Below are positions 18,901-30,940 of a DNA stretch of 64,000 bases, piece by piece (the first letter of the stretch is position 1; each line of letters opens with the position of its first letter). Under the pieces are notes generated by a model that was not told the origin of the DNA, did not search any database, and saw only the letters and a program-made list of their open reading frames with translations. The DNA comes from an uncultured Planctomycetaceae bacterium (GTDB lineage Bacteria > Planctomycetota > Planctomycetia > Isosphaerales > Isosphaeraceae), in assembly GCA_963833985.1 (NCBI GenBank), contig CAWIAD010000002.1, positions 6,464,001 to 6,528,000 of the forward strand, written 5' to 3'. Both the position numbers and the translations under genes were made by a program.

Positions 18901-21900
18901 TGTTCGAGAGGCTCTGCCGCTCGCGGCCGAGGCTGTTGGCCATCTCGAAGGTGGCCGCGCGCCGCGTGCTCAAGGCGTGCAGCAGCGTCGCGCGGGTGTC
19001 GAGATCGCGTGCGCTGGTGCCTCCGGTCATGGACTGTGTCAGCCAGGCGACGGCCCTGTCCAGGACCTTGGGGTCGGGCAGCAGGCCAGACTGCTCGGCG
19101 CTGGCCAGCGCCCAGAGCACTGCCGCGGATGCCAGCCGATCGCTGCCTGGACGGGGCGGCGCGTTCGCGCCCGGCGAGGGCGCCGCGCCACCAGTCACCC
19201 AGGTCCAGCCCCCGTCCTCCTTCTGGGCGGCGATCAGTTCAGCGACAAGTCCCTGAACCCGCTCCACCAGCCGCTGCGCGTCCGGAGTTCCCGCCGAGCG
19301 GGTCGCACGCAGGTAACCCAGGGCCGCAGTGGCCGCCAGCAGGTCCGAGGCCCGATCCGCGGTGGTTTCCGGGCCGGGCGGAATGATCCGGCTGACCGCG
19401 CTGGACTCGAGAACATAGGAGTCCCTGCCCATGGCGAGCTCCACGATCATCCGCTCGAGGGAGGGGGAGATGACGATCATCATCTCCGGGCTCTCGTAGC
19501 GCCGGCCCTGAGGCAGGCCAACGAAGACCGTCGTGCCGTCACTGCTGGTCCCGGACGCGGTGGCATAGGCCTGCACGCCCCAGGGCCGGACGGGAACTTC
19601 GGTCGTCAGCTCATCGGCGAGCTCGCCCAGCTTGCCGGCGAGCGTCAGCCGGACGGATTCGGCGTCGGGAACCTCGAACGGCTCGAACATGACCTCGCTC
19701 ACGCCGTCACCGTTGAGTTCGAGCGTCCTGGGGTAGACCTCGTCGCGCCCTGCCGCGTAGATCGCCAGCTTCAGGCTCACCGCGCCGCGCACCCCCACAT
19801 GATGCACACGGGCAATGAACCGCGGCCTGTCGCCCTGGGTCAGCGCGCTGGGAGTCCGCAGATCGACGAAGAAGTTCTTGCGCACCTTGATCGCCGCGGT
19901 CGTCTGGCCGGCAAGCGTGTCCGCTCCCGTCACGCCGCGCGCAGGATCCGATACTCGGACAGGGCGGTGGGCGCCTTGAACGTGATCTTCGCCTTACCGT
20001 CTTTGCCGGTGACCACGCGCGGATTCCAGTACGCGGTCTCGGCGAATCGATCGCGCCGGGCCGATTCCCCTGCGCAGTCTGGACCCCAACTCCGTTCGTT
20101 CTGAGACGCCCGTTTGAAACCGGAGCCCCAGCATGTGCACATTCTCTACCGCCTCACTGCGCGTGTCGCCGGCCTCGAGATCTCCCATCCTTCCAGCCTT
20201 GGCCGGAGCCTGAGCCTTCGAGGGATCGTAGTACGTGTCGCGGTTGATCCCGCGCCGCTTGGAACCTGTCGCCTGTCCCATCCTCCCCATCCCGCCCATC
20301 ATTCCCCCCATGCCCCCGTTCCCCGGAACGGCCCTCATGGGCCTGGCCTCGGCGGGCGTTGGTGCGGCACCGGGCGGAGCGACGCCCGCGAAATCCGCCG
20401 CGCCGGCCGCGGCAGGTTGATTCGCGGGGGTCTCATAGCCAAAGGTCACCTGCTTTTGGAGCAGCTCGCGGACGTTGGGCCTGCCGGCGGAGTTCGACTC
20501 AATGGCCGCAATCCGCTCAGCCTCGTCCACAACGGCCCGGGAGACCGCGACCGTGGCCGGCGCGTAGCGGAAGGTGTTCGTGGCCTCGGTGGCGAAGGCA
20601 CCGGTTCGGGTCTGGTCGTAAAAGAAGGCGTCAATGGGCCGCAAACGGTCGCCGTAGAGCCTCAGCAGCGACCGGTCGATCATCGCGATCGACAGTTCGG
20701 CCGCAGCCGGGCGGTCGAGCTGGTCGGCGGCCGTGATTTCGAGCTCGACTTCCTCACCCGGGCCGACTTCGGGCCTCGTCGGCGTCACGCTCACCTTGAG
20801 CTCGCGCTCCACCTGGATGTCGAGCTTCGCCTCGTCGAAGTGGTTCTCCGACATCCGCGCCGCGGTGAGCGTGAAGTTGGGGAACTGCGGCCCATCCACG
20901 ACCCATGCGACGGGGTTGTCGCCGTCCTTGATCGTCACCAGCCGGTAAGTGAGAATCCGGTCAGCCTCCCAGGTCAGCAGCGCGGTGCCGGCGCGGCCGC
21001 GGCTGTGCAGGTTGACGCTGGCTTCCTCGCCCATCTTGTAGCGCTGCCGCTCGGCGAGAATTCTCAACTTCGTCTCATCGGCCTTCCCCGAGATCGTGAT
21101 GGCACGCTCGGCGAGTATTTGGTTGGCGAACCGATCCACGCCGGCGAGACGCAGCACGTAGTCGCCACCTTGCGCGTCATCGACGCGGAAGGTCACAGTG
21201 GCCTGTCCAAGCTTGGGATCGGTCTGCAACGTCTTGCGCTGCGCTTCCCGCTCGGTGACCCGGCCGGCCTGGCTGATGCGCTTGATGAGTGTTGCATTGA
21301 GGCGCCGGCCGATCGGGTTGCCCTGCGCATCTTCGGTGCCGACTTGCACCTGGAACGATTCGCCGTCGAGATAGACGTCGCGATTCGTGTGCAGCTCAAT
21401 GTCGAAGCCGCGAACGGCCAGCAGGACCGAGGCAGCCGCGGCGACATTGTCCTGCGGCAGCCGCGCCACCAGGCGCAACGCCTGCTCCTCGGCGAAGCCT
21501 TCGGTCGGGAAGCTGACGTGGAACCGTCCCATCGCATCGGTGGCCGCCGTCAGGACGCGCTGGTCGGGAAGCGTCACCTCGATGGGACGGTTGGCCACCG
21601 CAGCGCCGTACTGGTAGCGGGCGACGACGTCGGCCTCGACGGTCTCTCCCCGGTAGTAGACGGTCTGCTTGAGGTTGAAGCTCAGGTCGATGGGCTCGAG
21701 CTGGTAGGACTGCACCTCGAACGAGCCCGCGAAGTTGCTCTTCCCCGGCTGGAAGACGTGCAGCCGGTACGTTCCCACCGGCGCGCCGGCGTCGATGGGA
21801 AGCGTTTCATGGAAGGTTCCAAAGTCGGAGAGTGTGATCGAACGAGCGATGAGCTGGCGGCCCCGGCTATCGGCCACCTCGAAGCGGTAGACCGCGCCCG

Positions 21901-24285
21901 GCACATGCGTGTACTGGCCATCGTGCACTTCCCGGATCACGCCGCGAACGGCGACCTGTTGCCCGGGACGGTACGCAGGCCGGTCGGTGTAAAGGTAGGC
22001 GCGAGGCGTCAGTCCTTGTGCCAGCTTCTGCGGCACGCCCAGGCCCGAGCCGGCCACATGGCCGCCGTCGACGACCAGGTAGCTGAGCCGATGGTTCGCT
22101 TCGCGTGCGGGAGACCAGTTGTGCAGCAGCACCCCGTCGGGGCCGGTGCGCGCCTCGAGCACCACGGAGCCGGCATCGCAGATCAGCACCCGGGCCCCGG
22201 GCCGGCCCTTGCCGGTCTTCATGTCCTGCGCGAAGACAAGCATTTGATCACGCGATGTCTTGACGATCGCGTCAAGATCGCTGGCGAGCACCAGCGTCGT
22301 CGCCTGGAGGTACTTCTGGTCGGTGACCTTGATGACGTAGACACCCGGCTGCTCGAGCGTTTTCAGCTCGTAGGAGTGATCGATGGGCTTGTACTTCGCG
22401 TAACCGGGCACTTCCACGGTCCACTCGGCGTCCGGCGCGACCAGGCCGATATCGAGCGATTCCACGTTCGCGAGGCCTTGCTTCTTGCGGAAGTAGGCTT
22501 CGGCGTTGAGCTTGTAAGCGGTAAAAGTGAGCTTCTCCAGATTCCGCGTGAGGATCTTCAGGCGGGCGGTCTCGCCGGTGCGGTAGGCGCGGGGCGTGCT
22601 TACCACCAGGGCCCGGGCTTCCATCACGGCGACGCGCTCGAGGGCCTGGGTCCGCCACGGTTCGACGGCGATCTTGCGGAATTGCTCGATGGCCGTGGCA
22701 GGGTCGCCCTTCTCGTTCTCGTGCAGCGAGGCGGTGAGGAACTGAGCATGCGCGGCCGGCTCGGTGGCCGGGTACTTCATGGTGAGCGGGCCCCAGGCCG
22801 CGATGGCGTCGTCGTATTTCTTCTCGGCGAGGTAGCTCTCGCCAAGCTGGAAGAGCAGGCCCGGCACGCGCTCGTCGAGCGGGTTCTGGGAGACAAACTC
22901 TTTCCAGGCGGCCCGTGCTTCGAGGTAGCGCCCGCGGCTGTCATGGTCGGCCGCCATCAAGAGCTCCGTGTCCAGGATCGCGCGCTGCGCGTCGGCGCTC
23001 TGGGGGCCGTTGGGGAAGTTGGCCAGATAGCCTTTCCAGGCGGCGATGGCCTCGCTGTACTTCTGCTGCCCCTGGAGGATCTGGGCGTACTGGAAGGTCG
23101 CCGTCATGGCCAGCTCGGCACGGTCGCGGCGCGCCGTATCGTTGTCGAGCCTCGAGCCGTCGTCCTTGAGGAAGCGCGCAGGGCGGCCAGCGCCAGGTCG
23201 CTCTTGCCGTGCGCCAGGTAGCTGGCGCCAATGTCATACTGGGCACGCACGGCGCGCGGATGCGCCGGGTAGGCGGCGAGGAACCGTTCCAGCGCCGCCA
23301 CGCCCAGGTTCAGGCTTGTATCGTCGGGCGGGCTGGGTATGCCGTAGGTGGAAGGAATCTCGGCGAGTGCCTGCGCGCGCAGGTCGTCGGCCGTCTTGCC
23401 CTTTTCGTCGGCCTTGCGGCGCTCGATCTCGCGAACCAGGTCGCTCCAGGTGAGCCGGGCCTCGAGCGGCTGGCCGATGTCGCGCTGGGCTTCCCCCAGG
23501 TGGAATCGCGCGGCGATGCGGTCAGCGCCCGCGGGATACTCGCGGAGGTACGTTCGGAAGTTCTCGACCGCGCGTGGAAAGTTCTTTGCCTTCTGGCTGG
23601 CCTGGCCCATCGCCAGCAGCAGGCGTGCGCGGAGCACAGGGCTCCTGGCGAGGTCGCGTGCCTGCGCCAGCAGTTCCCAGGCGCCCGCCGGGTCAGGCTG
23701 GACCACCGGATCGCTCGGTTCCAGCAGCTTCCGGGCGAAGGCATGATAGACCTCAGCAAGACGGTCCTTGCGATCATCGGCGAGCAGCCGGCCGGCCTCA
23801 CCGCGCGCCAGCTCCTCGGCGGCCGCCAGGTTGCCCGAGCTCAGCTCGATCGCCGCGAGCTCGAAGCGGATCTTGGGGAGCCAGGGTGTGGCCCCCAGGC
23901 CGGCCGCCGCCCGCAGTGCCGCGCGGGCCGCATCGGCATGTCCCGCAAGCCGTTCAGTCACACCGATCAGGTAGCCCAGGTACGCCTTCGAGGGAGCTTC
24001 CGCGGTCTGTTCGCGGAGCGCGGAGAGTCGCTCCCGCGCGATCTCGTACTTTCCGTCCTGGAGTGCCGCCACCACTTCTCCAGGGATCAGCGGCGCAGCC
24101 GGATTGGTCGCGGCCTTGCCGGCGCCCGGCGGTGTCGCTGAGGCAGGCGGATCGGCCGCAGGAACCGCGCCGGGCCAGCATGCCAGCAGAAGCGCCGCAA
24201 CCGGAACCAGGAGTCGCGCGGTCGAGAACCCGGGCCGCCGGCTCGATCGTGCACTCACGCGTGAACTGGCCTGGCCATGGAGCAT
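15941..24285 (-). CDS. Giant TPR / MG2 alpha-2-macroglobulin-like exported protein (~2,780 codons) broken by three frameshifts (~19940, ~20070, ~23175)
   Basis: Signal-like N-terminus, TPR repeats, YLYTDRPAYRPGQ (MG2), R..FAETAYWNP (A2M), AQKEDGGW, PGQYRTLPASVRSAYEPG, C-terminal TPRs; consecutive ORF fragments join by single-base changes. Confidence 0.85.
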
Positions 24286-24860
24286 TCTCACGAGGATCCT
24301 CCCCGAGGCAAAACGAGGGATTCTGACGTTCGATGGAATCTGGCTCAAAGTGAGCAGTCGCACGCACGGCACGAGTTTGAGGGGACGCCGAGCTCCGGCG
24401 CATCGAAGTTCCGGGCGCGGCTCTGAGCCTTTGGACGCATGCGCGGTGCTGTTGGTTCCCTGGTGCCTCACGCAGCCCCGACACGCGGCGATCCGCCTGC
24501 ATCAGGAGATACGGCGCTGCCGGCATTTTCTTAGAGCCATTTGAGTTCCGGTTCGTTACGATTGTGTGGATCTCCCGGTGCATCTGGCGTACGAATGGGC
24601 AGGATGCCGGACCCAATAACACAAGAACCGCGCGGTCATGGGCGCGCTCTGGATGGATTTTTCCGTTGAGCTTGCTGGATCGGGTCGGCCGATCTGTCGG
24701 AATCATCCGGCACCTGAAAAACCGGCCGCGTGTCGGGTCTCTCGGCTCGATTCCGAATAGGCTGGTGGCCCAGGATCACGCATGATCTGACGTTCTGCAA
24801 CAAGCGAGCAGCGTCGCCCGGTCAGCTAGTGGATGGCACCAAACGATTTGGAGACCGCAG

Positions 24861-27014
24861 GTGGCAGGATCCCCTCACGGGCCTTGGCCTCCGATACGCC
24901 TTCTGGAACGGTGGCGGCGAGCCCGCTCTCCGCGTGTGCCCAGACGTCAGGCGCAGCATCCCGCGCTCGAAGCTCTGGAAAACCGGATGCTGCTGTCGCT
25001 GAGCAATCCTCTCCCCATCCTCTCCAGCTCACCCGCGACATCGGCTTCTTTCCAGGTCGTCCCGGGCCAGACGCAAGCCGCCAATGTTCGCATCCTTCCC
25101 ATGGCGCCGAAACCGCCATCTCCGCTCCCCGGCACCGGCCACCTGCTTGCCGGCTCCGGTGCGGCCAGCTCCACGGTCCTCACGGCTCTCCCTGCGACGC
25201 TCCAGGCGCAGGTGGCGAAGACCCACAACGCCTCGAAAACTGCCGCGCCCACCGGTTCGAAGGCCGTGAAGTCCTCGGCGGGGGAGAGCGGCAGCACGAC
25301 CGCTCCGACGATTGCTCCGCCGTCGAAGGGATCTTCGACGAGCAACGCATCTGTTCCCATCATTGGCCTCGAGTATTCCCCAGGAGTTGCGTCTGCATCC
25401 GCGATGCCGATCCTGGTTTCGACGCCCATGCCATCGGGGCCGTCCCAGGGGCCGGCCTCGCAGTTGACGGGCACTGCGAGCGAGGACCCGGAGCAGTCGG
25501 AGCTGACACCCGCGGGCGAACAGCGGTTGCCCGCCCTGCCGATGGCCTCCGAAGCCCAGATTTCGGGCATTCTGGACGCGACGCAAAGCTGGATGACTTT
25601 CAGGCTTCCCGTGGGACCCACGACCCGGTCCTTCAACATCACACTGCGGCAAACCGGGCCACCCTCCGGGCCTGCCATCCCGGCGCTGGACCAGCTCTAT
25701 CTGGTGAACCGTGCGGGTACGATTCTGACGATGCTCAAGGGAGCCTCCGCTTACGCCGAGGGACCGCTGCAAGAGATGACCATCTTGCTCAGCTCGGTGC
25801 CCGCCGACGCAATGCTGTTGCTGCGAATCGTCGCGGTGCCCATGCAGTCGCTACCCTCCGCGGGGACATCCTCGGCGCCGGTGGGAGCAAGCTCGGCGGG
25901 CAGCCTGAATGTCCCGTTCGCGATCAGTGTCCAGCGGATGGATTCACTTGCCACATCCGGGACAGCGTCGCTGAACCTCCCCTTGCCGACCGCCTTGCTC
26001 GTGGGCCTGTTGACCTCCCTGGGGAACGGTTACGGGGATGTCTCGAGGGCCAGCACATCGCTATTACCTTCATTTAGTTCCAATTCTGCCGACGCCGCGT
26101 CCGGCACCGCTGATCCCGGCGCGGGGCAGTCCCTGGAGCAGCAAGTCGCCGCAACCCCGGGACGGGCCAGCTCGCAGGCACTGGCGACCACGGTTTCCGT
26201 CTCGACTGGTCCCCTGATCTCGCGCGGCTCCGCGCCGCTTCGCCCACTGCTGGGTACGACCGCGGAAGAGCCAACGCCAGCGATCGATCCGCACGAGCGC
26301 GCATTCGATCTGGCGATGCTCACATCGCCGTCGGGCGTCGATGCCGAGCTCTTGCTGGGCCTGACGGCGAACCATAGTGATGGGCTGGTAACAAGTGGTC
26401 GGTCCGAGGCGTCTTTGCAGAGCAACGATCCGGTCACCTTCCTGGCGGGGCCAGGCGGCACCCCGGTCCTGGTGTGTGCGCTGGCGGGCATGAGTTCCCG
26501 GATCGATCCCGTCGCGGTGCTGGCGACCCTGGAACCCATCGCGGCACCGGAGTCTGGGCCGGCGCCTGAAATCCAGGGTCGCGGTGCGCCGGAGATTCCA
26601 ATCGCCGGCGCACCGGCGCGCGGGGATCGCCCGACCTGCGAGGACTTCCTGAAAGCGGCGTGCGGGCTGATGCTGGGACTGGGCCTGACCACCGGTCCCC
26701 TCTATCCCGACCTGGTGGGGCTGATCCGCGCGGTTCTGCCCGGTCCGTCGGCTCTGGCGCGCCGGCTCCGCTCACGCCCGCGCCGCGCCTGGCGACTCAG
26801 CCACGGTCGATCTGGAAACGGTGGTTCGCTTCCCGCTGATTGGCCTCACGGGCCCAAAAGCGTTCGCCGCTTGAGTCACCCGTCCGTCGCGTGCCGCTCA
26901 GCGTGCACTTGCTTCGGCGGTCGCGGGGCTCGACAATTCCTGGGAGATGAGTTGCGGAACGGGGGGTCCGCGTCTCCTGGCCCTGTCCAGGAGAGAGGAG
27001 CCGTCAGAACGTGA
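24861..27014 (+). CDS. Planctomycete extracellular protein with LEPR-XLL-type N-terminal motif; Ser/Pro/Ala-rich
   Basis: RRQAQHPALEALENRMLLS motif; hydrophobic segment near the C-terminus (AACGLMLGLGLTTGPL); the end coordinate is uncertain. Confidence 0.65.
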   Translation: MAGSPHGPWPPIRLLERWRRARSPRVPRRQAQHPALEALENRMLLSLSNPLPILSSSPATSASFQVVPGQTQAANVRILPMAPKPPSPLPGTGHLLAGSGAASSTVLTALPATLQAQVAKTHNASKTAAPTGSKAVKSSAGESGSTTAPTIAPPSKGSSTSNASVPIIGLEYSPGVASASAMPILVSTPMPSGPSQGPASQLTGTASEDPEQSELTPAGEQRLPALPMASEAQISGILDATQSWMTFRLPVGPTTRSFNITLRQTGPPSGPAIPALDQLYLVNRAGTILTMLKGASAYAEGPLQEMTILLSSVPADAMLLLRIVAVPMQSLPSAGTSSAPVGASSAGSLNVPFAISVQRMDSLATSGTASLNLPLPTALLVGLLTSLGNGYGDVSRASTSLLPSFSSNSADAASGTADPGAGQSLEQQVAATPGRASSQALATTVSVSTGPLISRGSAPLRPLLGTTAEEPTPAIDPHERAFDLAMLTSPSGVDAELLLGLTANHSDGLVTSGRSEASLQSNDPVTFLAGPGGTPVLVCALAGMSSRIDPVAVLATLEPIAAPESGPAPEIQGRGAPEIPIAGAPARGDRPTCEDFLKAACGLMLGLGLTTGPLYPDLVGLIRAVLPGPSALARRLRSRPRRAWRLSHGRSGNGGSLPADWPHGPKSVRRLSHPSVACRSACTCFGGRGARQFLGDELRNGGSASPGPVQERGAVRT

Positions 27015-27421
27015 AACCGATCGAAGCCCTGGTCGAGACGGCCATCTACGCCGATCAGCTGGACCAAGCCGAACGGTTCTATGGCGTCGTGCTGGGACTG
27101 GAGCTGCGGGTCAGAGAAGAGGACCGGCACCTCTTCTTCCGCGTGGGCAACGGCAGCATGCTGCTGATCTTTCGCGCCGAGGCAACACTCCGGGGAGATC
27201 ACTTGCCGGCGCATGGATGCCGGGGCCCGGGGCACCTGGCGCTGGGCATTCCCGCGGAGGATCTCGAGGCCTGGCGTGCCCGTCTGCGCGCCCACCAGGT
27301 GGCAATCGAGCACGAAGAGTCATGGCCCCGAGGCGGCCATTCGCTCTATTTTCGCGACCCCGCGGGGAATTCAGTAGAGCTGATCACGCCAGGACTCTGG
27401 GGGCTTCCTTCCGGCTGGTAG
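27011..27421 (+). CDS. VOC / glyoxalase family protein
   Basis: ETAIYADQL..AERFY..VLGL, GHLAL, SLYFRDPAGNSVEL. Confidence 0.9.
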   Translation: MKPIEALVETAIYADQLDQAERFYGVVLGLELRVREEDRHLFFRVGNGSMLLIFRAEATLRGDHLPAHGCRGPGHLALGIPAEDLEAWRARLRAHQVAIEHEESWPRGGHSLYFRDPAGNSVELITPGLWGLPSGW

Positions 27422-27466
27422 CCGTAGCTGGCGTCCCGGGGTGCAAGAAACGAGGAGGGCAGTCCG

Positions 27467-28441
27467 TTGCGAGTGCTGATGACGGGGGGCTACGGCTGCA
27501 TTGGCTCGTGGGTGGCCAGCGAACTGGTCGAGCGCGGCGACGATGTCTGCATCTTCGATCTCCAGAAGGATACACATCGGATCGAGCTGTTGCTCGAGCC
27601 GGAGCGCCAAGCCCGGGTCGGTTTCATCGCCGGCGACGTGTCCAGCGTGGAACAGGTTCGTGCCGCGGTCGAACGCTCGGGAGCCACACACCTCTTGCAC
27701 CTGGCGGGATTGCAAACGCCGACATGCCGCGCCAATCCGATCCTCGGTGCGCAGGTGAACGTGATCGGCACTCTGGCGATCCTCGAGGCGGCCGCGGCGC
27801 TCAAGAACCAGGTTCAGCGCGTGGTGTACGCCAGTTCGGCGGCCGTGCACGGCCCGCGCGACGATGGCATGCCGGGTTTCCTGGGGGATCAGGTTCGCCT
27901 GGCGCCCCTGAGCCACTACGGCGCGTACAAGGTGTGCAACGAGCTGAACGCGCGTGTGTACTGGCTGGACCAGGGGGTCACGAGCATCGGCCTGCGTCCC
28001 TGGACGGTCTACGGGGTGGGCCGTGATTTCGGGATGACCAGCGAGCCGACCCGGGCGATCAAGGCGGTTGCCGCCGGCCGGAGCTACCACATCAGCTATG
28101 GCGGCCTTCAGGACCTGCAATATGCCGGCGATGTGGCAGCGACGTTCGTGCGTGCTCTGGAGCAGCCGTTCCAGGGGGCCGAAGCCTTCAACTTGAGGGG
28201 CGCCGTGGAACCGATCGAACGGTTCGTGGTGGTCCTCGAGGAGGTTGTTCCCGCCGCGCGGGGGCGGGTCACCCATGGCGAGCGCCAGCTTCCCATTGCG
28301 TTCGATCTCGACGACTCACGGCTTCAGCAGCAGCTTGGACCGCTGCCCCGAACCAGCCTGCGTGATGGCATCGCCGCGACGTATCGCCGGTTCGCGGAAC
28401 TGCTCACGCAGGGCCGTCTGGACGTTTCGGACCTGGACTGA
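27467..28441 (+). CDS. NAD-dependent epimerase/dehydratase (extended SDR)
   Basis: TGGYGCIG, HLAG, VYASSAAV, YGAYK. Confidence 0.9.
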   Translation: MRVLMTGGYGCIGSWVASELVERGDDVCIFDLQKDTHRIELLLEPERQARVGFIAGDVSSVEQVRAAVERSGATHLLHLAGLQTPTCRANPILGAQVNVIGTLAILEAAAALKNQVQRVVYASSAAVHGPRDDGMPGFLGDQVRLAPLSHYGAYKVCNELNARVYWLDQGVTSIGLRPWTVYGVGRDFGMTSEPTRAIKAVAAGRSYHISYGGLQDLQYAGDVAATFVRALEQPFQGAEAFNLRGAVEPIERFVVVLEEVVPAARGRVTHGERQLPIAFDLDDSRLQQQLGPLPRTSLRDGIAATYRRFAELLTQGRLDVSDLD

Positions 28442-28526
28442 GCTGGATCGGCCGATCGTGGGACCAGACCGGGGCTGGCTGGTCCCACTTCCTTGCGGTG
28501 GGTGCAAGAGTCCCGTCCCGGCACTC

Positions 28527-29630
28527 TTATTTGCCTGGCCTGGCCGCCGGCGCGGCCGCGTCCTTCGTTGTGGCCGGGGCGCCCGGGCCCGCCGGCCCGG
28601 TAGCCGGGAAGAGATCCTTGGGCATGGGCTTGATCTCGATCTTCGCTCGCTTCCGCTCTTCGGTCAGAAGGTTCTTCTGGATCTCTCCGGCATAGGCGTT
28701 GATGATGTACGGTTTGTTCTGATCGAAATCGATGGGGCGTCCCTCCTTGCGGTCGGTCACCTGGATCAGGTGGTAGCCGTAAGGAGTCTCGACCGGGTCG
28801 GAGATCGACCCCTTCCTGAGCTTGAACGCAACGTCGGTGAACTCGGGAATGAACCCGCTGCTCAGGGTGAAAAAGTCGAGATCGCCGCCGGCGCCACCCG
28901 CGTTGGCGGGGTCCTCGGAGTACTTGTTGGCCGCCTGGGCAAACGTGATCGTGTTGGCATCGATCTGGCCCTTGAGGTCCGCGAGCTTCTTCTTCACCTT
29001 CTCTTTCTCGGCCGCCGGCGCATCCGGATCAACCTTCAGCAGGATGTGGCTGGCGCGTACCTGGGTTCCGTAGAACAGGTCGCGGTTGGCCGAGACATAG
29101 CGCTTCAGCTCGGCGTCGGTGGCCAGAGACTTGACGTACTCGGACCAGCGAATCCGGTTCTCCAGCTCCTTGCGCACGGTTTCCAGCGAGGTGTTGTCCT
29201 CGAGCAGGGCGGTCGCGAGGTCGCGGCCGTCGGCCTTGAGTTGCTGCTCCAGCCGCGCCATCTCCTCGTCAATCTTGGCGGGCGGAACGGTGATCCGTTG
29301 CCGGTTCAAAAAGATCGTCAGGAGCTTGGTGTTGACCAGCGAGTCCACGGCATCGTGGTAGACCTGCTCGCGGTTCTCCGTCGCCGGAATGGGGTAGCGG
29401 CTGAGGAAGTTGATCAGCTCGCCCTTGGTCACCTGGCTTTTCTCGTTGCCGTCAACCACGGTGGCGACCGGCTCGTTCGCACCCGGCACCGCCAGCGCGC
29501 GTGTCGCCGAGGCCTGGGTCGGGGATCCGGCGGGAGCAGCCGGCTGGGCCTGGCCGAAAACGCCGCTCGTCCCTGCGCCTAGCCCCAAGAACAACACTGA
29601 TAACACTCCAGCCTGGGCTCTCCTGCGCAT
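28527..29630 (-). CDS. PpiC-type peptidyl-prolyl isomerase (SurA/PrsA-like)
   Basis: Signal peptide; VRASHILLK, F..AA.KYSED, GGDL, ISDPVETPYGYHLI. Confidence 0.92.
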   Translation of the reverse strand: MRRRAQAGVLSVLFLGLGAGTSGVFGQAQPAAPAGSPTQASATRALAVPGANEPVATVVDGNEKSQVTKGELINFLSRYPIPATENREQVYHDAVDSLVNTKLLTIFLNRQRITVPPAKIDEEMARLEQQLKADGRDLATALLEDNTSLETVRKELENRIRWSEYVKSLATDAELKRYVSANRDLFYGTQVRASHILLKVDPDAPAAEKEKVKKKLADLKGQIDANTITFAQAANKYSEDPANAGGAGGDLDFFTLSSGFIPEFTDVAFKLRKGSISDPVETPYGYHLIQVTDRKEGRPIDFDQNKPYIINAYAGEIQKNLLTEERKRAKIEIKPMPKDLFPATGPAGPGAPATTKDAAAPAARPGK

Positions 29631-30077
29631 CGAACAGATCTCCGTCTCGAGTTTGGTCCTTGTGAGTTGCGTCCGAGATCCAGGAACGGGGCCGAATCGG
29701 CTTCACGGCCTCGTGCCCGGAGCTGCCGGTTGTACAACTCTTAGCGATTATACGGTTTTTGCTCAACCCCGCCGCGCGACTTGACCGATAAAACCGGTTT
29801 GGTCCGCGCCCGTCTCATCATCGAGGACCACGTTCTGCGTGCGTGTGTTCCCGGGTGCGTGGATGTATTGCCACGGAGGCAGCGCGGTGAGCGTCCGCCC
29901 GCTTGCCAGGCAGCTTCGAGTCACCGCCGGCGCAGTGTTTGCGGCCTGCAAGGCTGGGTTTCTGACGCTTCCGGCTGTTCCTTACGGATCTCTTGAAACG
30001 CGGTTGACCACCAGGAAGCCGGTGGCGTGCAGTCCCTGATGATCGTCCCTGGAGAACTCGTCTACGGAGAACGCACC

Positions 30078-30729
30078 ATGATTCGATTCTTGACCTTCGC
30101 TGCCCTGACCTTTGCCTGCGCCGCGCTGCCGGTAAGGGCACAGACCCAGACCCAGAACCGGGAGCGCCAGTCCGGCCTCGGCACCCAGATAACCCGTCAG
30201 GCCACGACCGAGCGGGCTCAGTCCGCGGTTCCCGACCCGCTCTTTGCGGCCGCGGCCGGTAGTGCCGGGCTGGCAGAGGTGAATTTGAGCGAGATCGGCC
30301 TCCAGCGCGCCAGCGATCCGGAGGCTCAAGCAGTTCAGCCAGAAGATGGTCCAGGAACACACCCGGGTGAACCAGGAGCTGATGAACCTGGTGGCCCAGA
30401 AGGGAATCCGCATTCCCCAGGCCATCGACGCCCGTGCCCAGTTCTGCGCCGATAGCCTTGCCGGACTTTCCGGCGGCAAGTTTGACAAGTGCTATGCCAA
30501 GGCACAGCTTGTCGCCCACATGGATTCCCTGGCGATGTTCGAGGCCGAGGCGGAACGGGGCCAGGATCCGCAAATGAGGGCACTCGCGGCCAAGGTCGTG
30601 CCGAGCATCAAGGAGCACCTGAAGCAGATCAAGCCCATTGCCCAGCGTTTTGAGAAGGAGGGAAGCGAGCAGGAGCGGAGCGAGGATTCATCCGCGGTCC
30701 GCGCCGGCCACACTGAGCACCAGCGCTAG
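30078..30729 (+). CDS. DUF4142 domain secreted protein; frameshift near 30325
   Basis: Signal peptide; D..FA..A...GLAEV.LS..., MVQEH...N.EL, FDK.Y...Q..AH, P.I.EHL. Confidence 0.82.
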
Positions 30730-30940
30730 GCTGCAAGCCGCTCGGCATCGGATTGCATCGATGCCGTCAGGCGCGACCCTTCAGGGCACGAGCAGGAAGA
30801 CGCGACTGATCGATCCGGGCATGGACTGATCAGGGATGCGACGGCACCAGCCCCGTGCCGCTCCGCGCTGCGATTCGCCCCGGACTCCTGCTCGTGCCTC
30901 CTGGGCCGCTCGTCCTCAAAGGTCAAGATCGGCCGCATGC

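Noticed and set aside
17666..23221. Very long plus-strand ORFs (812 and 1035 aa) and similar antisense ORFs elsewhere (3072-4367, 41093-42310, 47046-49091)
   Set aside because: They are shadow ORFs of real genes in high-GC DNA and carry no recognisable motifs.
15941..24285. Frameshifted genes as true pseudogenes or programmed recoding
   Set aside because: Isolated single-base indels in many unrelated genes, without slippery runs or further decay, are better explained by sequencing error.
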